Assembly (NCBI GenBank): GCA_004769085.1
Contig: DUDS01000010.1
Location: forward strand, 688 to 64,687
From: Candidatus Melainabacteria bacterium SSGW_16
GTDB taxonomy: Bacteria > Cyanobacteriota > Vampirovibrionia > 2-02-FULL-35-15
Direction: 5' to 3'
Length of the DNA stretch: 64,000 nucleotides
A program made the translations under genes and the position numbers. A model generated the notes under the pieces. The model saw only the letters and a list, made by a program, of their open reading frames with translations, searched no databases and was not told the DNA's origin. Positions within the stretch are counted from its first letter, which is position 1; each line of letters begins with the position of its first letter. Positions 41,508-51,989 of the stretch are shown one piece after another.

Positions 41508-42429
41508 ATCTTTCCTTTAGCTCTTCGGCTCTTTTAGTAGAAATGCCTAATTTATGGTCTACAACAGGGGTTGATAAAGTATCTTTCTCGGTTTCTTCGT
41601 AGCAAGAGCGCTCGCATTGGTAAAATATTCCTGTAGCTATTCTTCCTGTACCATATGTATCTTTCATAGCAATGGCAAAAGCTGCTTCCAAATTACTACT
41701 ATCATGTCCTTCAGCATTCATATCATAAATACCTTCTTTATAAAATTGATTAGTGTTTACTTTGTTAAAAGTTACGCATGGAGAAAAAGTATCAACCAGT
41801 GCAAAACCTTTATGCATAATAGCTTTTTTATAAATCTCTACTGTTTGCTTAGGATTACCAGAAGATGCACGTGCTACAAAACTTGCTCCGGAACCCAGAG
41901 CTAAAGTAATAGGATTTAGTGGAGCTTCTGGATTACCAAATGGGGTAGATTTTGTTTTCATACCAAAACCACTTGTAGGAGAAGTTTGACCTGTGGTAAG
42001 TCCATAAATAGAGTTATTCATTACTATATAGGTCATATCCATATTGCGCCTTAATGCATGTATAAGGTGTCCTACACCAATACCATAACCATCACCATCT
42101 CCACCCACTCCAACTACAGTCATATCATGGTGAACAAGTTTAAAACCCTGAGCATTAGGTAGTGATCTTCCATGCAATGTATGCATGCCATAAGTATTAA
42201 TAAAGCCAGGCAAATTAGATGAGCAACCAATTCCTGCTATTACTGCTATTTCATGCTGCGGTATACCCAGTTCAGCAAAAGCACGTTGCAGGCAACTAAG
42301 TACACCAAAATCTCCACATCCCGGACACCAGTCCGGGTGCACATCACCTTTAAAATCCTTAGGATCTATTGCTGGTCTGGCTTTTCTATCTAATACGTTC
42401 ATTGTCATTGTTTTTTCCTTTTTAAACAC
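41500..42429 (-). CDS. korB: 2-oxoacid:ferredoxin oxidoreductase, beta (TPP-binding) subunit
   Basis: PDWCPGCGDFG motif and GDGDGYGIG TPP-binding region. Confidence 0.9.
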   Translation of the reverse strand: MFKKEKTMTMNVLDRKARPAIDPKDFKGDVHPDWCPGCGDFGVLSCLQRAFAELGIPQHEIAVIAGIGCSSNLPGFINTYGMHTLHGRSLPNAQGFKLVHHDMTVVGVGGDGDGYGIGVGHLIHALRRNMDMTYIVMNNSIYGLTTGQTSPTSGFGMKTKSTPFGNPEAPLNPITLALGSGASFVARASSGNPKQTVEIYKKAIMHKGFALVDTFSPCVTFNKVNTNQFYKEGIYDMNAEGHDSSNLEAAFAIAMKDTYGTGRIATGIFYQCERSCYEETEKDTLSTPVVDHKLGISTKRAEELKERFR

Positions 42430-44215
42430 TAACTAACTGCTTTTTTTTTGAGCCTAGTTTTTTAAATTCCTTTACTATATACTCACCGGTAAACGGTTCT
42501 CCATCCCAGCGATTTATATGTTCTATAATCTCAAACGCAGTCTCTGCAAGGATTTGACGGCATAGCGAATTACACATATTAGCTTCAACCGATATTAAAC
42601 GTTTACATTTTTTAAGTACTGCAAGTGTTTTTTCACGAGGCATTGGATAAATATCCGTAAAATTAATGTGATTTACTTTGATACCCTCACCAGTAAGCAT
42701 TCTTATAGCTGATTTAACATAGGCATAAGTTGAACCCCAGGTAACAAAAGTAGTATCAGCATTTACATCACCCTCCAGGACTGGTGGCTTGGCATCACCA
42801 GCTTCTATCATAGTTTGTACCTTATGCATACGTTTAGCATGCATTTTAATTCGCGCTTCACGTGCATGCGGCAAACCTGCTTCTACATCAGACATAAGAT
42901 GCCCATATTCATTATGTTCATCACTTACCCCCACATACATAGCACCTGGAGTTCCTGGTCTTACCCTAGGAGAGATTCCATCTTCACTGTAAGCATAACG
43001 TTTATACTTTTCACTACTATTCCATTCTGTAGTAAATTTTCCTCTCTCTATAGTAATTTTTGAGAAATCCAAATCATCTACAGTTTCAAAGTGTTCTGAT
43101 AAAAAGAAATCACTTATTAATATAACTGGCACTTGATATTTTTCAGCAATATTTAAAGCACGAGCTGACTGATAAAAACAATCTTCCAAATCTTTTGGTG
43201 CCAGGATAAACTTAGGGAATTCACCATTGCCGCTCATTGCAAGATTGATATCAGCTTGTTCTTGTTTAGTAGGAACTCCGGTAGATGGACCGCCCCGTTG
43301 AACCAGGACAGCAACTACAGGCGCTTCTAACATTCCAGCAAATCCCAGTGCTTCTACCATGAGACAAAAACCACCACCTGCTGTACCCACCGCTGCACGA
43401 GCACCAGCATGTCCAGCACCAATAGCATAGTTAATTGCTGCAAGCTCATCTTCTACCTGTTTAATAATTAATTTATCTGATTGTGCCAGAGTAGAAACAT
43501 AGTGAAGGATACTTGTTGCCGGGCTCATTGGATAGGCAGCATAGAATTTTAGACCTCCTGCCACTAATCCCATTCCTATAGCTTCATTACCGGACATAAA
43601 AAGTTTGGCTTTGTTATCACCCTTAAGTTCAAGTCCAAGTGGTTTAACATTTGCTTTTGTCCACTCATAACCAAGATTAAATATTTTATGGTTTAGTTCA
43701 ACCACTCCTTCGCCCTTTTTCAGAAACTTGTGTTTTATAAACCCTAACGTAACTTCAGGATCCAGGTTAAGTATTTGATCCAAAGCACCAGCAAGCATTA
43801 CATTGATCATCACAGAGTTTACAGCAGTGAGTCCAGCAGCATCTACCATAGACTTAAAATCCAGACCATAGTAATTAACATCAGAGCGCAGAGACTCTAT
43901 CTCATCTTTTTTTATAGTACCAGCATTATAAAATACAACACCGCCTGGTTTCATATCCGGAACATGAACCGGTGGGGAAGTTTTATTAAATAACAACAAT
44001 ACTTCAACCCCTTCTCCGTGGTCAATCTGTTTTTCTTTTCCAATTGCCATTTGCAGCCAAACATGACCACCACGAATTGCAGACTGAAAAGAATTGTAGG
44101 CAAGGACATGTAAACCCATACGCGAACAGGTCTTACCAAGAAGCTCACCAGTAGACTGGATACCATCTCCAGCTGCACCTGCGATTCTAAGAATTACGTT
44201 ATTTTTGCTTGCCAT
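42422..44215 (-). CDS. korA: 2-oxoacid:ferredoxin oxidoreductase, alpha subunit (gamma domain fused N-terminally)
   Basis: ILRIAGAAGDGIQSTGELLG gamma-type N-terminus followed by the POR alpha domain; overlaps korB by 8 nt. Confidence 0.85.
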   Translation of the reverse strand: MASKNNVILRIAGAAGDGIQSTGELLGKTCSRMGLHVLAYNSFQSAIRGGHVWLQMAIGKEKQIDHGEGVEVLLLFNKTSPPVHVPDMKPGGVVFYNAGTIKKDEIESLRSDVNYYGLDFKSMVDAAGLTAVNSVMINVMLAGALDQILNLDPEVTLGFIKHKFLKKGEGVVELNHKIFNLGYEWTKANVKPLGLELKGDNKAKLFMSGNEAIGMGLVAGGLKFYAAYPMSPATSILHYVSTLAQSDKLIIKQVEDELAAINYAIGAGHAGARAAVGTAGGGFCLMVEALGFAGMLEAPVVAVLVQRGGPSTGVPTKQEQADINLAMSGNGEFPKFILAPKDLEDCFYQSARALNIAEKYQVPVILISDFFLSEHFETVDDLDFSKITIERGKFTTEWNSSEKYKRYAYSEDGISPRVRPGTPGAMYVGVSDEHNEYGHLMSDVEAGLPHAREARIKMHAKRMHKVQTMIEAGDAKPPVLEGDVNADTTFVTWGSTYAYVKSAIRMLTGEGIKVNHINFTDIYPMPREKTLAVLKKCKRLISVEANMCNSLCRQILAETAFEIIEHINRWDGEPFTGEYIVKEFKKLGSKKKQLVSV

Positions 44216-44392
44216 AGGTAATAGATCTTCGTTGTTATTTAGTAGATTATTTTAAATAATAATTCCTAATAATTATACAGGGATTTTGTACGGTTGAGAG
44301 GTTAAGTACAAAGCAAGATATACAGCATTTAAGCAAATATTTAAATTAAACTGATATACATTTTTCAATGGACTATTTTGGGTGTACTGTTG

Positions 44393-44701
44393 TTAAAAAA
44401 TTCCTAACTGATCCTTTGCTTCTTCTGAAGCCATTGTTTTAGGGTCCCATTTTGGTGTCCACACTAATTTAACTTCTGCATCTTCTATACCATTTACACT
44501 ACATGCTTTAGTATGAACTGCTGCCATAAGTTGTGGACCAACAGGACAAGCAGGGCTTGTAAGTGTCATGTGAACTATGGCCTTTTTCCCGTCATTTTCA
44601 AAACACACATCATATATAAGCCCTAAATCAACAACACTTATATTTAACTCCGGATCACGGACAGGTTTTAATGAATCTATTATTTCTTCTTTTGTAATCA
44701 T
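44393..44701 (-). CDS. sufT: SufT/DUF59 (MIP18-family) Fe-S assembly protein
   Basis: VRDPELNISVVDLGLIYDV...LTSPACPVGP DUF59 signature. Confidence 0.8.
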   Translation of the reverse strand: MITKEEIIDSLKPVRDPELNISVVDLGLIYDVCFENDGKKAIVHMTLTSPACPVGPQLMAAVHTKACSVNGIEDAEVKLVWTPKWDPKTMASEEAKDQLGIF

Positions 44702-44713
44702 ATATGAATCACC

Positions 44714-45187
44714 TCATGAAATTTCAATGTGTTTATGACCAGCTAAAGCTTCATCAAATGTTGTCCAGGGTAAAAGTGCACATTTTATTCTAACCGGAAA
44801 TTTTTTCACTCCTTCAAGAGCTTCCAAATCACCTATGTCGAATTCTTCAGACAAAGAAACCCCATGCATCATATCCTTAAAATGAGCATAAATCAATTTT
44901 GCCTCATCTAAAGTTTTATTGTTTAATATTTCAGCCAACATTGAAGCAGATGCCACGCTTATTGAACAGCCATGACTATCTATAAATATCCTTTTTATCT
45001 TATTATTTTCTACTTCCAAAGCAAGTTTTACCTCATCACCACATAATGGATTCATGCCATCTGCCTGATAATGTATATGTTCAACAGGGATCCTTCCATG
45101 GGGGTGCCGATAATGCTCAAGTATAATTTCTTTATACAATTCATCAAGCTGCGGTAAAGATTTATTTGTCATAGTAATTACACTCAT
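44714..45187 (-). CDS. sufU: SufU/IscU-like Fe-S cluster sulfur-transfer/scaffold protein
   Basis: GDEVKLALEV...DSHGCSISVASASMLAE; likely start is the ATG at 45187 (AAAGG SD, 1 nt after sufS stop) rather than the ORF-track start at 45214. Confidence 0.8.
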   Translation of the reverse strand: MSVITMTNKSLPQLDELYKEIILEHYRHPHGRIPVEHIHYQADGMNPLCGDEVKLALEVENNKIKRIFIDSHGCSISVASASMLAEILNNKTLDEAKLIYAHFKDMMHGVSLSEEFDIGDLEALEGVKKFPVRIKCALLPWTTFDEALAGHKHIEIS

Positions 45188-45188
45188 A

Positions 45189-46463
45189 TTACCTTTTAGC
45201 ACCTTTTGGTTCATTTGAAACTAAATCCTTGCAAGCACCCAGTGCAAAATAATCAAAAGCAGACTTCAAAGCATTAATAAATATATCAACTTCTTGTTTT
45301 GTATTATAAAAATAAAAACTTGCTCTGCATGTAGCCTGAACTCCTAATTTTTTCATCAAAGGCTGGGCACAATGATGACCAGCTCGGATTGCTACACCAT
45401 ACTGATCAATAATTGTGGCAATATCATGAGGATGAACTACAGGGTTACTGAATGTTATAATACCTGCTCTGTTTTTAACATTTTCAGGCCCATATAATTT
45501 CAAGAAATCAAATTGTTTTATAGAATCAAGGGCATAGGATGTTAACTCACATTCATAATCGTATATATTTTGAATACCAATACTCTGTATATAATCAATT
45601 GCTTTTTCAAATGCAATAACATCAGCAATATTTGGTGTGCCTGCTTCATATTTCCACGGTAAATCATTTACTGTAAAATCATCAAATGTAACTTTTCTAA
45701 TCATCTCACCACCACCCATAAACGGCGGCATTTTTTCCAACAAATCTTTTTTACCAGCTAAGACACCAACACCAGTGGGTCCACACATTTTATGAGCAGA
45801 AAATACAATAAAATCACAACCCATTTCATTAAAGTTAATTCTCATATGTGGAACGCTTTGTGCAGCATCAACTATAAGTACAGCCCCTGCAGAATGTGCA
45901 ATATCTGATATCTTTTTAATGTCATTTACAGTGCCTAAAACATTGGATTTATGAGTTACAGAAATAATTTTTGTTTTTTTTGTTACCAGGCTTGAAAGTG
46001 CTTCATAATCAAGTTCATATTTATCTGTAATAGGAATAAATTTAATGGAAATATTTTTTCTGTTTTTCAGGATAAACCAGGGAACAATGTTTGAATGGTG
46101 TTCCATCTCTGAAATAAGGATTTCATCACCTTCATTCAGGCTCTCACCAAGAGTATATGAAAGGAGATTGAGTGATTCTGTGGCATTTCTTGTAAAGATT
46201 ATTTCAGTATTACTATCTGCATTAAGCAGCTTTCTGACTTTAAGTCTTACATTTTCATATGCAATTGTGGACTCTTCAGCTAATTTGTGTACTCCCCTGT
46301 GAATATTTGCATTAATATTCTCATAGTAATCTACAAGCGCATTTATAACTACACTTGGTTTTTGGGTGGTGGCTGCATTGTCAAAATATACAAGCTTTTT
46401 ATCACCCCAAATAATGCGCTTAAGTATAGGAAAGTCTTTTCTTATTTTCTCAATATCAAACAT
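45189..46463 (-). CDS. sufS: cysteine desulfurase SufS
   Basis: Class-V aminotransferase with PLP-lysine region SAHKMCGPTGVGVL and catalytic Cys region HHCAQP. Confidence 0.9.
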   Translation of the reverse strand: MFDIEKIRKDFPILKRIIWGDKKLVYFDNAATTQKPSVVINALVDYYENINANIHRGVHKLAEESTIAYENVRLKVRKLLNADSNTEIIFTRNATESLNLLSYTLGESLNEGDEILISEMEHHSNIVPWFILKNRKNISIKFIPITDKYELDYEALSSLVTKKTKIISVTHKSNVLGTVNDIKKISDIAHSAGAVLIVDAAQSVPHMRINFNEMGCDFIVFSAHKMCGPTGVGVLAGKKDLLEKMPPFMGGGEMIRKVTFDDFTVNDLPWKYEAGTPNIADVIAFEKAIDYIQSIGIQNIYDYECELTSYALDSIKQFDFLKLYGPENVKNRAGIITFSNPVVHPHDIATIIDQYGVAIRAGHHCAQPLMKKLGVQATCRASFYFYNTKQEVDIFINALKSAFDYFALGACKDLVSNEPKGAKR

Positions 46464-46518
46464 TTTTATATATCACTCCGCATTTTCAAGAAAATGCTCC
46501 GCTCTTATGTGCTAATTA

Positions 46519-46557
46519 CTTGCGACGTTCCGGTTTGTCGCAAGACAAACCTTCACT
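46519..46557. repeat. short palindromic element with two mutually exclusive hairpins (copy 1)
   Basis: CTTGCGAC-GTTCCGGTTT-GTCGCAAG overlaps GGTTTGTC-GCAA-GACAAACC + TTCACT; a second copy of the latter lies at 63141-63167. Confidence 0.6.
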
Positions 46558-46561
46558 TGCG

Positions 46562-46903
46562 TCAAGTATCACCTCTCCTTTCATCCTCTTCAACCCTCAC
46601 CTCAAGTTCATCTCCACTATCAACAACCTTAAAAGTCCTAATTGGAGCAATAGCAGGCATTTTCGTAGCTGTGCCGGTTTTTACATCAAATCTTGCACCA
46701 TGCCTTGGGCATTCAATCTGACAGCCTTCCACAAGCTTCCCCTCTCCTGTTACAAGTTCACCATCATCATGAGAGCATACATCCTCTATTGCATAAAAAG
46801 TACCATTAACATTACAAACTACCACCTTAAAATCACCTATGTTAAATGATTTTCCAGTATCTGGTTTAATATCTGTTTTTTTTATTTTAACTTTGGTATC
46901 CAT
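46562..46903 (-). CDS. Rieske [2Fe-2S] domain protein
   Basis: CSHDDGEL...CPRHGARF Rieske CxH...CxxH boxes. Confidence 0.85.
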   Translation of the reverse strand: MDTKVKIKKTDIKPDTGKSFNIGDFKVVVCNVNGTFYAIEDVCSHDDGELVTGEGKLVEGCQIECPRHGARFDVKTGTATKMPAIAPIRTFKVVDSGDELEVRVEEDERRGDT

Positions 46904-46905
46904 AT

Positions 46906-48090
46906 CTAACCTTTATTTAATTTCTGTTCTATTCTTGATTTAACCTGACCACTAATCAATGTATGTTCTGGTATTTTTAAAATTATTGGTTCAATAAATC
47001 CTTCAATTATAACTTTCTCTGCTTCTTTGTCAGAGAATCCACGAGACATCAAATAATAGATTTGTTCTTCATCTAAATGCCCCATGGTTACACCATGACT
47101 ACATTTTTTAACGTCATTGGTTAATATTTCAAGTTCAGGAATAGATTCAGCTTTTGCATTATCAGAAAGCAAAAGATTCCTGTTCTTTTGAGTAGCATCA
47201 CAACCTAAAGCATTAACAGCAATTTTAAGATTTCCTGTATATGCTGAATTAGCACTATCTTTTAGTGCAACTCTAAAATCCAGACCAGATATAGTATTAG
47301 AAGCAACATGATTAACAGTTATATGATGATCAAATCTCTGCTTTTCATTACCTAACACAATCCCGGATACCATAACAACTGAGTGTTCACCAACCAGCTT
47401 AGTTTCAGAATCAATTTTTGATACATTGCCACCTAAAGAAATAAAAGTATTTTCAAGCTGGGCTTGAGCACTAAGATTTGCTCTTTGGATTAAATGATAG
47501 TTTATTTTATTACCAACCATATTTAGATTAATAAAATCTAATTTTGCTCCATTACCCAAGAATATTTCAGTAACAATATTTACATCAGAAAGTATTTCAT
47601 CCTGAGAACAAACCTGTTCAACCAGCTTTACATCTACACCATCTTCTATATATATAAAATTTCTAACCGGATAAAAGGATTTGAGCTTCTCCATTGACAT
47701 CGTTAAAGAAACAGGATCATCAGATTGTTTATTTTTTTTTATATAAACGAAATATCCACTAACCCAGGTAGACTCGTTTAGTAAGGAAAGTTTTAAATTC
47801 TTATTGTCTATAAGGCTTCCAAATTTTTCCCTCATTAAATCTTCATATTTCTTTATTCCATCAAGAATATGCAATACTTCTACCCCAGGTTCAGAATACC
47901 TCCACATTCCAATCTCAGAAACGCTTTCAACAGTAGTGATTTGTGGATTAAAAATCGCCGGATCGGTATATTTCCATAAATGACTTACTCTATCTGGCAA
48001 CAGTTCAACTTCAAAAGCCTGCTTAGCAGCTTTTCTTTTTTCTATTAACCATTGCGGCTCACTTACTTTTTCTGCTAACTTTTGTCCCAT
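46906..48090 (-). CDS. sufD: Fe-S cluster assembly protein SufD
   Basis: 394 aa SufB/D-family beta-helix protein downstream of sufB. Confidence 0.85.
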   Translation of the reverse strand: MGQKLAEKVSEPQWLIEKRKAAKQAFEVELLPDRVSHLWKYTDPAIFNPQITTVESVSEIGMWRYSEPGVEVLHILDGIKKYEDLMREKFGSLIDNKNLKLSLLNESTWVSGYFVYIKKNKQSDDPVSLTMSMEKLKSFYPVRNFIYIEDGVDVKLVEQVCSQDEILSDVNIVTEIFLGNGAKLDFINLNMVGNKINYHLIQRANLSAQAQLENTFISLGGNVSKIDSETKLVGEHSVVMVSGIVLGNEKQRFDHHITVNHVASNTISGLDFRVALKDSANSAYTGNLKIAVNALGCDATQKNRNLLLSDNAKAESIPELEILTNDVKKCSHGVTMGHLDEEQIYYLMSRGFSDKEAEKVIIEGFIEPIILKIPEHTLISGQVKSRIEQKLNKG

Positions 48091-48115
48091 CGATCTTCCG
48101 CTTTAACTCCTGGCT

Positions 48116-49522
48116 TTAACCAACAGAACCTTCCATCTCAAGTTCTATTAGTCTGTTTAATTCAACTGCATACTCCATAGGCAGCTCTTTTACAAATGGT
48201 TCCATAAAGCCGTTAACTATCATTAACTTAGCTTGATCTTCGCCTAAACCTCTGCTCATAAGATAAAATAATTTCTCATCCTCAATTTTGCTTACTGTAG
48301 CTTCATGTTCTATTTTTACATCATTTTCATAAATTTCCATAGTAGGATAAGTATCTGATCTTGAATTTGCATCAAGCATTAATGCATCACATTTAACAGT
48401 AGATTTCACACCAGTTGCACCTTTGTGTACTTTTAAAAGTCCCCTGTAACTTGCTCTGCCACCATTCCGGGAAATTGATTTTGAGGTAATAACAGATGTA
48501 GTATTTGGTGCAGCATGGATAATTTTTGCACCGGCATCCTGATGCTGATCACTGCCGCTTGCCAGAGCAACAGATACAACCTCACCATGTGCTCTTTCAC
48601 CAATAAGATAAATCGAGGGATATTTCATGGTTAGTTTTGAACCCATGTTTCCATCCAGCCACTCAACTACTGCTCCTTCATGAGCAACTGCCCTTTTAGT
48701 TACAAGGTTAAAAACATTTTTTGACCAGTTTTGAATTGTGGTATATCTGATTTTTGCATTTTTAAGTGCAATTAACTCAACAACAGCTGAGTGCAATGAA
48801 TCTGAACTATAGGTAGGAGCAGTACAACCTTCTATATAATGAACTGAACTACCCTCGTCAGCAATAATAAGAGTTCTTTCAAATTGCCCCATGTTTTCAG
48901 TGTTTATCCTGAAGTAAGCCTGTAAAGGCATCTCCACCTGTGTATTTGGAGGTACATAAATAAAAGAGCCTCCTGACCACACTGCACTGTTTAATGCTGC
49001 GAATTTGTTGTCTTCAGGTGGAATGATAGTAGCAAAATATTTTTTTACAATTTCAGGATACTCACGTAAACCGGTATCCATATCAAAGAAAAGGACACCA
49101 AGCTTTTCTAAATCTTCTCTAAGAGAATGATAAATAACTTCTGATTCATATTGTGCAGAAACACCAGCTAAGAATTTTCTTTCAGCTTCAGGTATACCAA
49201 GCCTGTCAAAGGTATTTTTAATATCTTTTGGTACTTCCTCCCATGTTTTACCTTGCTTTTCAGTAGGTTTTACATAGTAAAAAATATTTTCAAAATCTAT
49301 TTCATTTAAAAGCTTTGTATCTCCCCATTTTGGCATGGGTTTTTGGTTAAAAATATCAAGAGATCTTAACCGAAATTCAGTCATCCAATCCGGTTCTTTT
49401 TTCATTTTTGATATGTTTAAAACAACATCTTTAGTAAGACCTCTACCAGATTTAAAAGTATAGTTTTCAGTGTCATGAAAACCATATTTATATTCTTGAT
49501 CTTGATTTAAATCTAGTGTCAT
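48116..49522 (-). CDS. sufB: Fe-S cluster assembly protein SufB
   Basis: 468 aa SufB with conserved C-terminal [22 protein letters not shown] region. Confidence 0.9.
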   Translation of the reverse strand: MTLDLNQDQEYKYGFHDTENYTFKSGRGLTKDVVLNISKMKKEPDWMTEFRLRSLDIFNQKPMPKWGDTKLLNEIDFENIFYYVKPTEKQGKTWEEVPKDIKNTFDRLGIPEAERKFLAGVSAQYESEVIYHSLREDLEKLGVLFFDMDTGLREYPEIVKKYFATIIPPEDNKFAALNSAVWSGGSFIYVPPNTQVEMPLQAYFRINTENMGQFERTLIIADEGSSVHYIEGCTAPTYSSDSLHSAVVELIALKNAKIRYTTIQNWSKNVFNLVTKRAVAHEGAVVEWLDGNMGSKLTMKYPSIYLIGERAHGEVVSVALASGSDQHQDAGAKIIHAAPNTTSVITSKSISRNGGRASYRGLLKVHKGATGVKSTVKCDALMLDANSRSDTYPTMEIYENDVKIEHEATVSKIEDEKLFYLMSRGLGEDQAKLMIVNGFMEPFVKELPMEYAVELNRLIELEMEGSVG

Positions 49523-49531
49523 TTCATCTCC

Positions 49532-50314
49532 TTATAAAACACTTACCTGAGCTTTTTCAAGCCAGTCATATCCTCTTTTTTCAAGTTCAAGCGCAAGCTC
49601 TGGACCACCTGAATCAGCAATATTCCCATCAAGAAAAACATGCACTTTATCAGGCTTTATATAATCCAATATCCGCTGATAGTGAGTAACAAGAAGAATA
49701 CTGGTTTTAGGAAATTGTTTTTTAAAATTATTTATACTTTCAGCAACCAGTTTTAAAGAATCAATATCAAGTCCAGAATCAGGTTCATCCAGGATTACAA
49801 AACACGGCTCAAGCATTGACATCTGGAGTATTTCCATTCGTTTTTTTTCACCACCTGAAAAACCTTCGTTTATATATCTTGTTGCAAAAGAATAATCAAT
49901 TTCAAGTAAATCCATTTTTTCATATAGCCTTTTTCTGAAATCCTTTGGAGAAATATTATCTCCTTTCAAAACTTTAATTGCCTGCCTTATAAAATTTACT
50001 ACCGTAACACCAGGAATACTTATTGGATACTGAAACCCTAAAAACATTCCAAGTTTTGCTCTTTCATTTGATTTTAAATTATTAATATCAACCCCTTTAA
50101 AATTAATCTGTCCTTTTAAAATTTTATAAGCTGGATGCCCCATTAAAGTATTTGTAAAAGTACTTTTACCTGACCCATTTCTGCCCATAACTACATGAAT
50201 TTCACCTTCTTTTATACTCAAATTTAATCCATGCAAGATTTCTTTTTTATCAATCTCTACATGCAAATCTTTAATAGTTAATAATTCTGACATTTTCTCC
50301 ACCTTATGATCCAT
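49532..50314 (-). CDS. sufC: Fe-S cluster assembly ATPase SufC
   Basis: ABC ATPase with Walker A GRNGSGKST and signature FSGGEKKR. Confidence 0.9.
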   Translation of the reverse strand: MDHKVEKMSELLTIKDLHVEIDKKEILHGLNLSIKEGEIHVVMGRNGSGKSTFTNTLMGHPAYKILKGQINFKGVDINNLKSNERAKLGMFLGFQYPISIPGVTVVNFIRQAIKVLKGDNISPKDFRKRLYEKMDLLEIDYSFATRYINEGFSGGEKKRMEILQMSMLEPCFVILDEPDSGLDIDSLKLVAESINNFKKQFPKTSILLVTHYQRILDYIKPDKVHVFLDGNIADSGGPELALELEKRGYDWLEKAQVSVL

Positions 50315-50415
50315 TGATTTAAATCCCTGTCTAAAAATTCCTCCATAATTATACTTGACAATTATCTCAACATTTAGATTATTTTTATATTCAAAATATT
50401 TGCTAATACCTCCTT

Positions 50416-50880
50416 TTAAGCATTAAACACTAGTTGTTTTTTTAAATATTTGGACAATAAATCTTCTTTTTCCATTAAATCCTTAAGTGTTACTTGTTTT
50501 AAAATACTAAATAAAATTTTAGATATTGATAACCAGACAGATCTTATAGAACAACAACTAATATGTACACACTGTAAATCATTACCAGGAAACTGCTGGC
50601 ATGACTGGGACTCAAATAGTTCTCCACTTAAAAACCTAATAACTTCATCTAGATAAATTTTTTCAGGAGGTTTTACAAGCTTATACCCTCCGTTTTTCCC
50701 TCTTACACTTTCAATAAAATTCCCTTGTCTTAATAAAGAAAGGAGTTTTGCAGCATAATCCGTTGTAATATGCTCTGCACCTGCAATACCCTCCAGAGAA
50801 GCAAGTTCATCCTTTGATGCTTGGTGTGCAACCTGCAACAAACACCTTAGTCCATATTCTTCCTGTGCCGTAATCTTCAT
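50416..50880 (-). CDS. Rrf2-family (IscR-like) transcriptional regulator
   Basis: N-terminal wHTH (EYGLRCLLQVA...) and a C-terminal Cys cluster; first gene of the suf operon. Confidence 0.75.
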   Translation of the reverse strand: MKITAQEEYGLRCLLQVAHQASKDELASLEGIAGAEHITTDYAAKLLSLLRQGNFIESVRGKNGGYKLVKPPEKIYLDEVIRFLSGELFESQSCQQFPGNDLQCVHISCCSIRSVWLSISKILFSILKQVTLKDLMEKEDLLSKYLKKQLVFNA

Positions 50881-51013
50881 TTTGTATAAAGTACTCCATT
50901 ACTTGGCTTATAGTAGTATTATACACCAATAGTTGAATTTTAAGTCAAGATTAAGCAAAGTTGGGTATAATATAGTTGTAGGCAAGTTTTTAATAAGAAG
51001 TTAACATTAAACT

Positions 51014-51427
51014 ATGGAACAAGATGAAATAGTAAACCTAACACAAAGAGCAAAGGATCAATTAATCCAGCTCCTCAAACAGGATACAAATAACCCTGAT
51101 GGAGTCAGGCTTAGTCTTCTTGCAGGTGGTTGTTCTGGGCTATCTTATAACCTGGAGTTTGACAAGCTCAAAGAAAATGACGTTATTGCAGAACATGGAG
51201 AAATTAAAATACTCATTGACCCTAAAAGTGCTCTATATCTCTATGGAATTACATTAGATTTTCATGGCGGCTTAACGGGAAAGGGATTTACATTTGAGAA
51301 TCCAAATGCAAAAAAATCATGTGGTTGCGGCACATCATTTTCAGTGGACGATAAAGATATTACACTTCAATTTAAAAAAAATACAAACTCCAATATATGC
51401 CCTTCAGAAAGTAAAACCAGCAGTTAA
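51014..51427 (+). CDS. A-type Fe-S carrier (SufA/IscA/ErpA family)
   Basis: GGCSGLSY...SCGCGTSF three-Cys signature. Confidence 0.85.
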   Translation: MEQDEIVNLTQRAKDQLIQLLKQDTNNPDGVRLSLLAGGCSGLSYNLEFDKLKENDVIAEHGEIKILIDPKSALYLYGITLDFHGGLTGKGFTFENPNAKKSCGCGTSFSVDDKDITLQFKKNTNSNICPSESKTSS

Positions 51428-51512
51428 AGAATTATCTTGCCTCATCTGTATCAAAGTGTAGAAGTCAATACGAAAGGCAACATTTTCAAGTCATTTAAAG
51501 TCATATCCGGAT

Positions 51513-51989
51513 ATGACACCTGTAAAGAAAATTCTTAAAAAATCAGTTTTTATCTGGCTCCTTTTAATTTTAATCAACTCACGTGCATCAACAGCTTTGG
51601 CTAATAGTCTTCACGAAGATCTTAAAAACAAAGAAGCAATTGTTTTAGGAAAAATTACAAAAAAACAAATAATAAAATTAAACAACTATTACATAACAGA
51701 ATACAAACTAAAAATAAAAAATTGGATCTACAAAAAACCCTATATTGCAAACAGTAAAACAGTAACATTAAGAGTCTTAGGAGCCGATCTGCCGGACAAA
51801 GGGATAACTATTAAAGCATCCACCTCGCCAGATCATGTACCGTTCAATACCGATACAATTTTTATATTAAATAAAACTAAGCAAAAATATAAAGATATTT
51901 TTACTCTTTCAAAAAATAGCATCCTTAGCCCAAATAAAGAGGAGTACCTAAGCCACTTATTGCAAGGTATCCACAGGAGAAATTTATGA
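51513..51989 (+). CDS. hypothetical secreted protein
   Basis: Signal peptide; 158 aa. Confidence 0.45.
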   Translation: MTPVKKILKKSVFIWLLLILINSRASTALANSLHEDLKNKEAIVLGKITKKQIIKLNNYYITEYKLKIKNWIYKKPYIANSKTVTLRVLGADLPDKGITIKASTSPDHVPFNTDTIFILNKTKQKYKDIFTLSKNSILSPNKEEYLSHLLQGIHRRNL

